From a virus: a DNA stretch of 64,000 nucleotides. The translations under genes and the position numbers were made by a program. The notes below the pieces were generated by a model, which saw only the letters and a list, made by a program, of their open reading frames with translations, was not told the origin of the DNA and did not search any database. Where the stretch lies: the IMG/VR virus record IMGVR_UViG_3300010354_011858, positions 6,342 to 70,341 of that record; one strand, given 5' to 3'. Positions 18,363-28,646 of this stretch are shown here, piece after piece (within the stretch, counting starts at the first letter, position 1; each line of letters starts with the position of its first letter).

Positions 18363-19394
18363 ATGGCAACTCAAGAAGAAATTTTAGCAAAAGCTAATGA
18401 AGTTACCACCAGCGTTGTTGGCAATGCTTCTGGTGGTCTCCTGAATGCTGAGCAGGCTAATCGTTTTCTCGATTTCGTGATCGATCAGTCCGTGCTTATG
18501 CAGAACTCGCGTGTCGTTCGTATGCGCACCCCGTCGATGGATATCGACAAGCTCTCGGTTGGCACCCGCCTGTTGGCTAAGGCTACTGAGGCTACCGACA
18601 CCGGCTCGAATGCCGCTGTTACCTTTACTAAGGTTTCGCTGTCCAGCGTTAAACTGCGTCTGGATTGGGAGATCAGCACTGAGTCCCTTGAGGACAACAT
18701 TGAGGGACCGTCGCTTGAGGATCATATCGCTCAGGTGATGGCTCGTCAGACCGCTAACGACATGGATGACCTGCTTATCAACGGCAACACCTCGTCGTCT
18801 AACGCTCTGTTGAAGGCTCTTGATGGTTTCGTGAAGTTGGCCCTTGCTAACGGCACGACCGTCGATGAGGGTGGAAACAACATTTCTCGTGCAACGTTTG
18901 ATCGTGTTCTCCGTAACATGCCGACGAAGTACTTGCAGCGTCGTAATGACCTGCGCTTCTTCTCCGGCTCTGGCCTTGTGCAGGACACCATCTTCAGCCT
19001 CAGCAACCCGAACTCGGCTACTGTGGCTACCGCTGGTGCTCCGTCGCCCGGATCGACCATTGGTGATCAGGCTTTCTTGACTGGCGCTATGCGTGCAAAT
19101 GGTGGCGCTGGTTCGACTGGTATCTCGCCGTTCGGTATTCCGCTCATTGAGGTTCCGTTGATGCCTGAGACTGTCTCGGGTGACTACTCTGGTGCTGCTG
19201 GTTCGCATGGTTATGTCGAACTGACTCAGCCCAATAACAGAATTGTCGGTCTGCATCGTGACATCACGGTGTACCGCCAGTTCCAGCCGAAGACTGACAC
19301 CATTGAGTACACGCAGTTCATGCGAGTTGCTTCGAACATTGAGAATGCTGCTTCGTATGTCATTGCTAAGAACGTCAAGTTGCGTTCGCTCTGA
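18363..19394 (+). CDS. major capsid protein (HK97 fold)
   Basis: GGLLNAEQANRF, ISTESLEDNIEG, INGN; AGGAGGA SD; GC-rich codon usage; terminator follows. Confidence 0.93.
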   Translation: MATQEEILAKANEVTTSVVGNASGGLLNAEQANRFLDFVIDQSVLMQNSRVVRMRTPSMDIDKLSVGTRLLAKATEATDTGSNAAVTFTKVSLSSVKLRLDWEISTESLEDNIEGPSLEDHIAQVMARQTANDMDDLLINGNTSSSNALLKALDGFVKLALANGTTVDEGGNNISRATFDRVLRNMPTKYLQRRNDLRFFSGSGLVQDTIFSLSNPNSATVATAGAPSPGSTIGDQAFLTGAMRANGGAGSTGISPFGIPLIEVPLMPETVSGDYSGAAGSHGYVELTQPNNRIVGLHRDITVYRQFQPKTDTIEYTQFMRVASNIENAASYVIAKNVKLRSL

Positions 19395-19423
19395 TCTTAG
19401 GACTGTTATAGTTACAACTTAAG

Positions 19424-19466
19424 AACGCCAAGGGTCGGACAAAAAATCCGGCCCTTGGTGTTTTAT
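19424..19466 (+). terminator. intrinsic terminator
   Basis: ACGCCAAGGGTCGGA-loop-TCCGGCCCTTGGTGT followed by a T run. Confidence 0.85.
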
Positions 19467-19494
19467 AATTAAAATTGTGGTAGTATTTACTAAT

Positions 19495-19842
19495 ATGAGT
19501 GAAAACGTTATTAAATCAGAAGATGTAGCACCGAAAAAGCAAACAAAAACTGCTAAATCTGCTACTGAAACAGAAAAAATTAATGAAGATTCAAAAGAAG
19601 AGGTTGAGAAAAAACCTAAGAAATCTTCTTCAAATAAGAAAGTCGCACAGGCTTCGCCTGGCAAAAAGTTCGTATATTTTTCAAGCGGATCTGGATACGT
19701 CACTAGATCAGGATTTAGATTTAGCGCAGAAAAAAGAATTTATGAACTTGATATTGAAGAAGCAGATCATCTGCTGAGTCTTGATAACTTCCGACTTCCT
19801 GATCAACTTGAGTTGGAAGATTATTATAAGGAGAATAACTAA
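19495..19842 (+). CDS. hypothetical protein
   Basis: ATG 8 nt after TGTGG-TAGTAT (leaderless); Lys/Glu-rich N-terminus. Confidence 0.7.
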   Translation: MSENVIKSEDVAPKKQTKTAKSATETEKINEDSKEEVEKKPKKSSSNKKVAQASPGKKFVYFSSGSGYVTRSGFRFSAEKRIYELDIEEADHLLSLDNFRLPDQLELEDYYKENN

Positions 19843-20225
19843 TGGCCGGTAATCTTAGTGATTATTTAGAGAATAAACTTCTTGATCATTTTCTTGGCAC
19901 TACTTCATATACAATGCCAACACCTATTTATGTTGCATTGTATACTGCTGCACCTAACGATGCTGGCGGTGGAACCGAAGTTGCTGGTGGATCATACGCC
20001 CGACAGACAGCGACATTTGATGCTGCTGCAAGCGGTGCAACACAGAATGATACGGATATAGATTTTGTCAATATGCCTTCATGCACTGTTGTTGCTATTG
20101 GAATTCATGATGCTTTAAGCGGTGGCAATCTTCTTGTTCATGGAACTTTGACTGCCAATAAGAGCCTTGACGCTGGTGACACACTGAGAATTGCCACCGG
20201 TGATCTTGATATAAGTATTAACTAA
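19842..20225 (+). CDS. virion structural protein
   Basis: SDYLENKLLDH..YVALYTAAP..GTEV.GGSYARQ family seen in phage structural modules. Confidence 0.75.
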   Translation: MAGNLSDYLENKLLDHFLGTTSYTMPTPIYVALYTAAPNDAGGGTEVAGGSYARQTATFDAAASGATQNDTDIDFVNMPSCTVVAIGIHDALSGGNLLVHGTLTANKSLDAGDTLRIATGDLDISIN

Positions 20226-20234
20226 TAGGTTGAG

Positions 20235-20585
20235 ATGGAAAGAAGAGAGATACTTGGAAGCGTAGTTTTTACCTCATCGTCAGGTCCAGTTCTTTCTTCT
20301 GACATGTCAATTGTTGCTGTTGATGCGTCCACATTTCCAAGTGGATCAAGTGGAAAACCATTTGTTATTGTTTTAAATAGAGGAACACCACTTGAGGAAA
20401 AAGTTTTATGCTCTGCAAGAGCATCAAACACTTTCACTGTCTCACAAAGAGGTTATGATGGAACTATAGCAAATAATCATGCAAATGGTGTAAAAATAGA
20501 TCATGTTCTTGATGCAACAGCAATGGAGGACATGAATGATGCAGTATACGATACACAAATAATGTATTGGATGGAGGCTTCCTGA
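20235..20585 (+). CDS. putative virion protein
   Basis: E.V.C..R..NT.TV.QRGYDGT.A..H domain, also found twice in 46682-50557. Confidence 0.65.
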   Translation: MERREILGSVVFTSSSGPVLSSDMSIVAVDASTFPSGSSGKPFVIVLNRGTPLEEKVLCSARASNTFTVSQRGYDGTIANNHANGVKIDHVLDATAMEDMNDAVYDTQIMYWMEAS

Positions 20586-20917
20586 TGGCAACATTAAAAC
20601 CAAAGCTTATGTATCAAGGTAATGCTACAGCTGCAAATGCATACACTGTTGCTAATGTTTCTGGAAATTACTCTATAATAAAATCAATTAACATCTGCAA
20701 TACCAGCAACACAGCGAATGCTACCGCATCTGTTCATATTTTGAGCAATGGAGCATCTCCTAGCGCAAGTAATAAAATTATTAGCAATGCTAATGTTATT
20801 AGAGATGACGTTTTGTATTACAATACATCAATTGTTATACCGGCCAATAGCAATATATATGTATCAAGTTCATCCAATACTGTAACATTTACAATTAGCG
20901 GGGTAGAGTATGCCTAA
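20585..20917 (+). CDS. putative virion protein
   Basis: YTV..IIKSINICN..TISGVE beta-sandwich family; ATG overlaps the upstream stop. Confidence 0.7.
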   Translation: MATLKPKLMYQGNATAANAYTVANVSGNYSIIKSINICNTSNTANATASVHILSNGASPSASNKIISNANVIRDDVLYYNTSIVIPANSNIYVSSSSNTVTFTISGVEYA

Positions 20918-21317
20918 TTTAGTTAATAACGGCTCAAGTTCTGTATCTAATCCAACTTTGATTAGAACATGGGATCCTTCGGTTGAAGAGATTCAAATTG
21001 GTGATAAATTTTATGGTATAAAATACTATCAATCAAATGGAAAACTTGTTATTCAAGAAATAAATGATTCAACAGTTCCGATTGATATACCTGATTATAG
21101 AGTTGGAGATTCACTTATAACAGGAAATATTACTACATATCAAGGTGGAGAGACATTAGCTAATGCTATCTCTAACTTAGATGAAGGCGATATATTTGAG
21201 CCTTACAACGAAGAGGTCTACAAGAATTGGTTTACCAGTTATACCAGAGTATCATTTTCATGGTATACTAGTGGAGGCGGTAGCAAGCCTGGTCACTTAC
21301 TTATGGAGTTTGAATAA
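20910..21317 (+). CDS. hypothetical protein
   Basis: 135-aa ORF coupled to neighbours. Confidence 0.7.
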   Translation: MPNLVNNGSSSVSNPTLIRTWDPSVEEIQIGDKFYGIKYYQSNGKLVIQEINDSTVPIDIPDYRVGDSLITGNITTYQGGETLANAISNLDEGDIFEPYNEEVYKNWFTSYTRVSFSWYTSGGGSKPGHLLMEFE

Positions 21318-23695
21318 TGTCACAATCAATAGACTTAGGTAGAATTAGGTTCTACTATAGAGATGCATATAATGCAAATACAACTTATGAAATTAACGAT
21401 GTTGTTTCATACGGTGGTAGCGCATATGTCTACAAGTATGCTACCAATGCCTCCGGAAATTTGCCTACCGATACAACTTACTGGTCGAAACTAGCAGAAG
21501 GAACGGATTTTAGAGGAACATGGTCATCAACCACTGCTTATTATCCAAATGATATCGTTGTATATGCCAATGCTGTATATATTGCAGTAGTTGCTCACAC
21601 ATCCAATGCCTCAGCCACAGGGTTTTATGTAGATTTCGCAGCAATGAAGTGGATGCTTTTAACGTATGGATTCAAATGGGAAGGTGCCTGGGCCGCAAAT
21701 ACAATGTATCATCCATATGATATTGTTTCTTATGGTGGTAATACATATCTTGCAAATTCTCAATTTACTTCAAACTCTGTAAGTTTTGCTAATGATACAG
21801 AATGGCTCCTTTTTGCTCAGGGTTCTGCCGGTGGTGAAGTTGCTACGCAGACTTCTAACTCTGGAAAACTTCTTTCTACAAATGGCACTGTCACTGAGTG
21901 GGTTAGTAATATTTCGGTAGCAGATATATCTGCCATGCAAATCACTGGTACTGGTGATCTTAATATCGGAGCAGATGCCACATCGTTCTCCGCAAACTTG
22001 ACAAACCCCAGGGCCGTATTTCAGACAGACAATGATGACTTTGCTCAAATAGCATTTAGAAATCTTGGCACAAATGCAAATAGTTCCACAGACATAATTT
22101 GCTACTCGGATGTCGGTGATGACGATACTGGCTGGATAGATATGGGCATCACCTCTAGCAACTTCAATGATCCTGGATTCACTATTACAGGTATTCATGA
22201 TGGTTATCTATTTGTTGAAGCCCCGGCAAACTCTGCCGGTGGTGGAAATCTTGTTCTTGCAACTGGTAATAATGGAACAGATAACGCAATTATTTTTGCT
22301 GCAGGAGGTCTTCAGTCTGACAATACTCAGATGACGATCTTCCCCGATCAGAACGTTCATATTGAAATTGCTACCAACTCTACGTCGCCCACTACTGGTG
22401 CTTTGACGGTTGTTGGTGGTATCGGTACGCAGGGTAATGTCAATATCCTTGGTGATATCAGTATTCAAGGTTCTTTGACGGTCTCTGGTGGTGCTTTTGA
22501 AGCACAGACGATTCAATCAACCAGTCCGGTCTTTACAACGGGATCTGGTGCAACTGATGATCTTATTGATAGAGGATTCCTTGCTGAATATAAGAGAGGA
22601 ACAAGCTCCTCAACATTCCAAATTGGATCTGTTCAATCAAGTAATACTACTCTTACAATTAGAAGATTAGCTTATACTACATCTACTAAGGTATTAACAA
22701 GTAACGTTGCTACCATTGACTTCGGTGCAGCACACGATATTTCAACAGGGGATACAATTGTTGCAACCAATCTTGGCTCGCCCTTTGATGGAACCTTTAC
22801 TGTAACTGGCACTACTGCAAATACAATTTCATATACTGCAAACGGAACAAACGTAACACTTATTCAAGATCTTGACGGTCTTATTGCACCAAACATTAGC
22901 AACGTATCCTTCCAGAATGGAGATAGAATTACAATTGCTAACTCTAATGTTGCCACCATCAATGGAAATAGAGACTTTGTAATCACTGTTTCTGGTAATA
23001 CATTAACTGCTAACTTTGCAACTGTAATTTCAAACACCGCTGCTAATGGTACTGTTACTGTCAATACAAAGACAGCATATGCTGGTCTTGTTAGACAAGA
23101 TGGTGGAACTTGGTATCTTCTTGCCAACATTGCCCCAGTTCTTGCAAGCAATGTTTATGGACCGCCGACAGATAGTATCGATGTAACTGCTAATACACTG
23201 ACTAGACCCACACTTTATACTGGTGATCTCAATGTTGGTAATAGCAATGTTGTTGTTTATTCTAATGGAACTATCGCTGGTAATGTCACCTTCGCAGGAA
23301 GTCCGATCTTTACTGGCGGTATTAGAGTCCAGGAAATGTTTGAAGATGTTGTTGATGTTTCTATAACAGGAAATGTCGCCACACTCACTTATACTGATGG
23401 AAACATTTTCTATATCGATGCATCAGGTCAGTCTGCAAACTTCCAGGCTAATATTGCATCTGCTCCGACCGATAATGGTCGTATTTTTACAATCAACATG
23501 ATTGTAAACCAGGGTGCTACTGGCAGATTCCCGAACACTTGTAATATTAACGGAGCATCGACAACCATTAAATGGGCAGGAGGGAGCGCCCCTACGCCTA
23601 CATCCAGCAACGGTAAATTGGATATATTCAACTTTACAGTCTTAAGAAGAGCAAATGCTTATACTGTATTTGGTGCTTCAAACTTAAACTTCTAA
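21317..23695 (+). CDS. fibre/appendage protein with CBM5/12-like repeats
   Basis: repeated W/Y...T.Y..ND.V.Y.G..Y units; Thr/Asn/Gly-rich beta body; IKWAGG.AP..DIFNF C-terminal domain. Confidence 0.7.
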   Translation: MSQSIDLGRIRFYYRDAYNANTTYEINDVVSYGGSAYVYKYATNASGNLPTDTTYWSKLAEGTDFRGTWSSTTAYYPNDIVVYANAVYIAVVAHTSNASATGFYVDFAAMKWMLLTYGFKWEGAWAANTMYHPYDIVSYGGNTYLANSQFTSNSVSFANDTEWLLFAQGSAGGEVATQTSNSGKLLSTNGTVTEWVSNISVADISAMQITGTGDLNIGADATSFSANLTNPRAVFQTDNDDFAQIAFRNLGTNANSSTDIICYSDVGDDDTGWIDMGITSSNFNDPGFTITGIHDGYLFVEAPANSAGGGNLVLATGNNGTDNAIIFAAGGLQSDNTQMTIFPDQNVHIEIATNSTSPTTGALTVVGGIGTQGNVNILGDISIQGSLTVSGGAFEAQTIQSTSPVFTTGSGATDDLIDRGFLAEYKRGTSSSTFQIGSVQSSNTTLTIRRLAYTTSTKVLTSNVATIDFGAAHDISTGDTIVATNLGSPFDGTFTVTGTTANTISYTANGTNVTLIQDLDGLIAPNISNVSFQNGDRITIANSNVATINGNRDFVITVSGNTLTANFATVISNTAANGTVTVNTKTAYAGLVRQDGGTWYLLANIAPVLASNVYGPPTDSIDVTANTLTRPTLYTGDLNVGNSNVVVYSNGTIAGNVTFAGSPIFTGGIRVQEMFEDVVDVSITGNVATLTYTDGNIFYIDASGQSANFQANIASAPTDNGRIFTINMIVNQGATGRFPNTCNINGASTTIKWAGGSAPTPTSSNGKLDIFNFTVLRRANAYTVFGASNLNF

Positions 23696-23707
23696 TAGGA
23701 GATTTGC

Positions 23708-24532
23708 ATGCCCTTTGTAAACAGTGCACGAGGAGTATTCGGAGTTCAGTCTGGCGTAACTTCAGCCGGTCTGATATTAGATCTAATTACTGGTGGTACA
23801 ATTACAACTTCTGGTGACTACCGTATACATACTTTCACCACATCTGGTACTTTTAGTACATATACTACGCTTCCTGTTGAATATCTTGTTGTTGGTGGTG
23901 GTGGCAATGGATATGTACACCCAGATTATAGCGGTGGAGGGGGTGGCGGAGGTCAGGTTTCTACTGGCAATGCAAACATAACAAACACTGGCGCTACGAT
24001 CGTTGTCGGAGGGCCAGCCACACCAAGTTCGTTATCAGCACCAGGCTCCTTTCAGGTAACCGCTACTGCCGGTGGCAATGCCCCTCCCCCTGGTAGAGAT
24101 GCTCGTGCTGGTGGAACTTCTGGTAATGGCAATATTGGTAATGATTATTCAAACTCCGGTTATACAGGTGGTGGAGGAGGCGGAGCAGGCCAAGCTGTTG
24201 GGCCTTCTACGACAAATAGAGATGGTGGTCAAGGTGTACAGTCTAATATAACAGGAGCAAGTGTTTGGTATGGTGGTGGTGGTGCTTCTGGTGCTGTGAA
24301 TAGACCACCGTATAATACTGGGCCAAAGCATTCACCAACACCTGTTGCTGGTTGGACATATGGTTTTGGCATAGGCGGTCTTGGTGGTGGAGGCAATGCA
24401 CCAGATAACCCTGGCGTTTATAACGGTAAACCAAATACTGGTGGTGGAGGCGCAGGTGGGTCTGTCTATGGTTATAATACTACATACACAGGTGGACCTG
24501 GTGTAGTTATTGTGAGGTATAAGTATAAATGA
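23708..24532 (+). CDS. glycine-rich virion protein
   Basis: GGTIT...YRIHTFTTSGTF, EYLVVGGGG, NTGGGG, GG.GVVIVRY. Confidence 0.8.
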   Translation: MPFVNSARGVFGVQSGVTSAGLILDLITGGTITTSGDYRIHTFTTSGTFSTYTTLPVEYLVVGGGGNGYVHPDYSGGGGGGGQVSTGNANITNTGATIVVGGPATPSSLSAPGSFQVTATAGGNAPPPGRDARAGGTSGNGNIGNDYSNSGYTGGGGGGAGQAVGPSTTNRDGGQGVQSNITGASVWYGGGGASGAVNRPPYNTGPKHSPTPVAGWTYGFGIGGLGGGGNAPDNPGVYNGKPNTGGGGAGGSVYGYNTTYTGGPGVVIVRYKYK

Positions 24533-25476
24533 TTGTAGATGATCCTTCAAATAGACCGCCGATGAATCTGTATTTCACTGGCCATAACATCATGTCACCA
24601 TCTAGAAAAATACAAAATGCTGTCTGGAATAGTGAAAAAAAAGCATGGATGCACAGATGGTGTGTTGAAGATATTGATGGAAGCGGTAACTTTTTTGAAA
24701 AAGAAAACACTAGGAATAGTGGTATCTTTATTTTGTATAAAGCACAACCAGTCGAATCTGCATTAATGCACAGTGATTTATTTCCAAACTTTAAAGTATT
24801 ATGCAATGATTATATTGGTAAATATATAAGCGTCCATCCCGACTGGGAAGATGGATATATTGATCCGATCTTTAGACCAGGTGGATTTGGTGCACCATAT
24901 GGTGCGGAAATTCATAATGAAAATCATAATTTATCTCATCAAAAATGGAGAGTCGTATATGATGGTGCACCGTTTTTCTATATTGCATTTACTAATTTAG
25001 TAGATTTAAATAAACTGATTGAATATCCAATAAATACTGATCGATATATTCAAGAGACAGAAAAGTATGAAATATCTCTAGAACTAGAGAATCTTTATAT
25101 ATCGCAACATCCATTTTATGCCGCAAGAACACTTGGTGAACTTTTTAAGTTAATAATGGACTGGGATATCTGTTATAATGAATTTAATAATAGAGAAAAC
25201 ATTGCAGTTCTTTGTCATAATGTTATGAGAGCAGTAAATATGCCTCAAAATGTTTATGATTCAATATATAACTCACTGCCTGATACTTGTATTGCAAAAT
25301 ATTTAAAAGGAATAGAAAATTTTGATCAATATGGGGATAAGGGTGAAACACCAAACTGTGCCATAGAATGGTTTAAAGAGAAATATTGGGATCTTCAATC
25401 TACACTATCCAACTCGCCTAATATAGAAAATACTGACGAGTTCTACTACAGAAAAAGAGTTCTATTTACTAGATAA
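24529..25476 (+). CDS. hypothetical protein, paralog family member 1
   Basis: shares VHPDW, DGAP.F, QHP..AARTL.ELFKLIMDWD, NRE..A.LCH with 25478-26647 and partly with 53918-55027. Confidence 0.75.
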   Translation: MIVDDPSNRPPMNLYFTGHNIMSPSRKIQNAVWNSEKKAWMHRWCVEDIDGSGNFFEKENTRNSGIFILYKAQPVESALMHSDLFPNFKVLCNDYIGKYISVHPDWEDGYIDPIFRPGGFGAPYGAEIHNENHNLSHQKWRVVYDGAPFFYIAFTNLVDLNKLIEYPINTDRYIQETEKYEISLELENLYISQHPFYAARTLGELFKLIMDWDICYNEFNNRENIAVLCHNVMRAVNMPQNVYDSIYNSLPDTCIAKYLKGIENFDQYGDKGETPNCAIEWFKEKYWDLQSTLSNSPNIENTDEFYYRKRVLFTR

Positions 25477-25477
25477 A

Positions 25478-26647
25478 ATGTCATTAGCTGTAAGACTTGA
25501 TAGCCATAATAGAGTTGTACAATGTATTGAAATACCCGATGACCAAGATGGTGACGCATCAAATTTTATTAATTTTACTCTTAACTTGAAGGGCACATGG
25601 CTATCTGTATCTAGTTGTCATATAGAACACAATCAAAATATATCTGTTGGGTTCACATATCTCCCAGATAAAAATAAGTTTATAACTCAACAACCATTTG
25701 ATGACTGGATTCTTGATGAAAATAATTGCTGGATACCGCCAATTAAAAATAATCTTAGAAATATGAGTTATGGTTATGAAAACGAGATCTCCGATGGACC
25801 GTCATTTTTTTGGAATCAAGAAAAAAAGATGTGGGGACATTCGGGGGTTGAATATAATATTTTAAATCAAAATAATAAAGATAATGGAGTATATTTTATA
25901 TCTAAAGCAATACAGGTTACTAATCAAGAGTACGCTTCAGATTTTGTGAAAGAACTAAATGTGCAATGCAATGGTCGTGCATATAAGTATGTTGATGTAC
26001 ATCCCGACTGGGATCAGAACTTCATCTACCCAGTATTTAGAGAAACATTTGCTACTAAATATGGAGTAGTTGACTCAAATCCAGATAGATTTCATTGTTA
26101 TGAAAATTATATAATGCCATTTGATGGTGCCCCCTATTTTTTCATTCATTATTCTAACTTGTGTGATTTGACTAAAAAAAGAAATGTTAAAATTAAACAC
26201 GAAGCTGTGCAAGATCATCTTTATGAAATTTCAGTAGATTTTGAAAGAGAATTCATCTGCCAGCATCCATATATTGCTGCAAGAACTCTGAGTGAGCTTT
26301 TCAAGTTAATAATGGATTGGGACATTTGTTATCATATATTTAATAATAGAGAAAACACAGCTATTTTATGTCATAACATTATGTCAGGAATTCAGATGCC
26401 AAATGATATATGTGATCTTATATACCATTCTACGCCTCCATCAATTATAGAAAAATATTTAAGAGGAGATCCTGATTATCTTAATATTGGCGAAAGACCC
26501 ATTGAAGATGAAAGAGTAATGAGATGGTTTGCAGAGAAGTATTGGGATCTTAGATATTTAAAGTATCATGAAACAGTTAATATTATAGAATTAAATGAGG
26601 ATCACTATATTCCTTTTTCTCTTATGAATAATAATGCTTCTTTGTGA
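25478..26647 (+). CDS. hypothetical protein, paralog family member 2
   Basis: N-terminal QPFDDWILDENNCWIPP fibre-associated motif plus the shared C-terminal domain. Confidence 0.75.
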   Translation: MSLAVRLDSHNRVVQCIEIPDDQDGDASNFINFTLNLKGTWLSVSSCHIEHNQNISVGFTYLPDKNKFITQQPFDDWILDENNCWIPPIKNNLRNMSYGYENEISDGPSFFWNQEKKMWGHSGVEYNILNQNNKDNGVYFISKAIQVTNQEYASDFVKELNVQCNGRAYKYVDVHPDWDQNFIYPVFRETFATKYGVVDSNPDRFHCYENYIMPFDGAPYFFIHYSNLCDLTKKRNVKIKHEAVQDHLYEISVDFEREFICQHPYIAARTLSELFKLIMDWDICYHIFNNRENTAILCHNIMSGIQMPNDICDLIYHSTPPSIIEKYLRGDPDYLNIGERPIEDERVMRWFAEKYWDLRYLKYHETVNIIELNEDHYIPFSLMNNNASL

Positions 26648-28047
26648 GAAATAAAACTTTCTGTGCTCTCATAAATTGAATATGAATTAATTATTCGATT
26701 AGCATAATCTTGATATTGTATAGGTATTTTATTGTACTCATTTCGAATACTCTCGGTATTAAACATATCAAGGCCAGACATTATTTGTATAAAATTCCAG
26801 TCCCAAAATAAGCAATAATCACTGTTTTGATTGAAATCATCATGCCTTGGTAATCGATGGACCCAAACTTTTAACATTTCCTCTAAGTCATTTGGTAATT
26901 TAATAGATGCACTATCTATCCAAAATTTTGTGTTTTGTTTTTTAGTTAAATAATGAACTATTAAAAAATCTCGTATATTGGAGATTATATTTGAATAAAT
27001 TTTATTATAAGAATTTTGGTTCCATTTATCTGTTAATAGATTATTTGCTAAAATAAAACACTGTTGAATAGTGGAACTGATTGCAGTAGCCTCTAAAGGC
27101 TCTACAAAACTAGCACTAAGACCCACAGCACAGCAGTTATTAATCCAAACTTTATCTAATGTTCCTGGTGTAAATGTAAACTCTTTGCCAAAAGTTATTT
27201 TCCTTTTCAAATATTTTTGAATTTCTTCTTTAGCTATATCATGTGATATGTAATTCTTGTCAAAAATATAGCCATTACCATATCTACCCCATACTGGGGT
27301 TTTGAACATCCATCCGTAATCCATAGCGGTCGATAAAGTTGAGATATTATAGGTCTCTTCTTCTTCTGTTTGAAAAACAACAGCTGCATTTACCTTAAGA
27401 AAGTCCTCAAATGAAACATACTTTGCTCCCAGTTTCGAAATTAATTTTCTAGAAAATCCAGTGCAATCTATATAAAAATCGTATTTATATTCTTTTTTTT
27501 CACCTAAAATAGAGTTTATATATCCATTTGAATTTAATTTAATATCTAATATTAGATCTTCATATAGTATGATATTATTTTTAATAGCAATTTTTTTTAA
27601 AAAATCAATAAATTTAAATGTATTAAAATTATATTGATTGAAAATTATTTCTTCATTTTTTAATTTAGAATATGGAATAAGATTCTGTTTAGTCCATTTT
27701 GGATTAATATAATTTGAATCATATGAAATTTGTCTTCCATATATATAATTATATTGTCCAAGAGTATAAGTAAAAGGATCACATACATAATTAATGTAAT
27801 CTTTATTAGACCAATTTTTAAATTTAATTGATGATTTAAAAGTGGCATCGCACTCGTTTATCATATCTTCTTGGCTTATTTCTGCACACTTCATAAATTC
27901 AAAAAAATGCTCAGTTGCAGCTTCGCCAACACCAATTGTCTGTACTTGATTTGAATATACTAGGTCAACAGAATGACTAGTCATTTTTTTAATAATTATG
28001 GAGGCTACTAGTCCAGCAGTGCCTCCTCCTACTACTAATATTTTCAT
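26605..28047 (-). CDS. flavin-dependent (tryptophan) halogenase family protein
   Basis: VVGGGTAG, IGVGEA, ATFKSSIKF.NW (catalytic Lys position), IDCTGF, GWMFKTP, FVEPLEAT. Confidence 0.9.
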   Translation of the reverse strand: MKILVVGGGTAGLVASIIIKKMTSHSVDLVYSNQVQTIGVGEAATEHFFEFMKCAEISQEDMINECDATFKSSIKFKNWSNKDYINYVCDPFTYTLGQYNYIYGRQISYDSNYINPKWTKQNLIPYSKLKNEEIIFNQYNFNTFKFIDFLKKIAIKNNIILYEDLILDIKLNSNGYINSILGEKKEYKYDFYIDCTGFSRKLISKLGAKYVSFEDFLKVNAAVVFQTEEEETYNISTLSTAMDYGWMFKTPVWGRYGNGYIFDKNYISHDIAKEEIQKYLKRKITFGKEFTFTPGTLDKVWINNCCAVGLSASFVEPLEATAISSTIQQCFILANNLLTDKWNQNSYNKIYSNIISNIRDFLIVHYLTKKQNTKFWIDSASIKLPNDLEEMLKVWVHRLPRHDDFNQNSDYCLFWDWNFIQIMSGLDMFNTESIRNEYNKIPIQYQDYANRIINSYSIYESTESFISHKEALLFIREKGI

Positions 28048-28646
28048 GATGTATAAATAATATATTTTTTATCTTTTTTATTTTTCTGGGGGAATCCGAT
28101 GAACTCTCTTTCATCATATTTTAAATTTGAAAATTTACCATATTTATTGACATAGTGTAGAAATACTTGAATGTGGTATTCATTATCTAAACAGTTTAGA
28201 GTATTTCTCCAATGAGATAGTTCGCATCCCTTGTACACAGCCATATCACCGCTACATAGATATATCGGTTCCCCGTCAATGAAAAGTTCCCAGGGGTCAC
28301 CAGGGTAATTATAATCTAGAGCCAAAGTCGCAGAGATCTCACAAGATTCTCGGTCCAAGTGTCTTCTGAGATATTGCCCATTGCGGTATATCCTATAATA
28401 TGAATATGTAGGATATAATTCTAATCCAGTATGTTGTTCAATAACAGGCTGCATTTTTAATAATAATGACTCCATCAGGGGATCAGCGTAAGATGAATGC
28501 GCATCAGCTACCTGGGGGTCTCCCGGTGAAAAATTAGATAATTCATCAAAAATGGCATATTGACTAACTAACTGTACAAAATCTTTATCTAGAGCTGATT
28601 TTATAATCGTATATTTATTTTTTTCAAAGTTGTTTATTGTATCCAT
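28044..28646 (-). CDS. 2OG-Fe(II) oxygenase
   Basis: PTYSYYRIY, HLD.ESCEISAT, HWR, QVFLHYV. Confidence 0.85.
   Translation of the reverse strand: MDTINNFEKNKYTIIKSALDKDFVQLVSQYAIFDELSNFSPGDPQVADAHSSYADPLMESLLLKMQPVIEQHTGLELYPTYSYYRIYRNGQYLRRHLDRESCEISATLALDYNYPGDPWELFIDGEPIYLCSGDMAVYKGCELSHWRNTLNCLDNEYHIQVFLHYVNKYGKFSNLKYDEREFIGFPQKNKKDKKYIIYTS

Noticed and set aside
18384-19256. 290-aa antisense ORF over the capsid gene
   Set aside because: Expected shadow of biased codon usage; no recognisable motif or start signals
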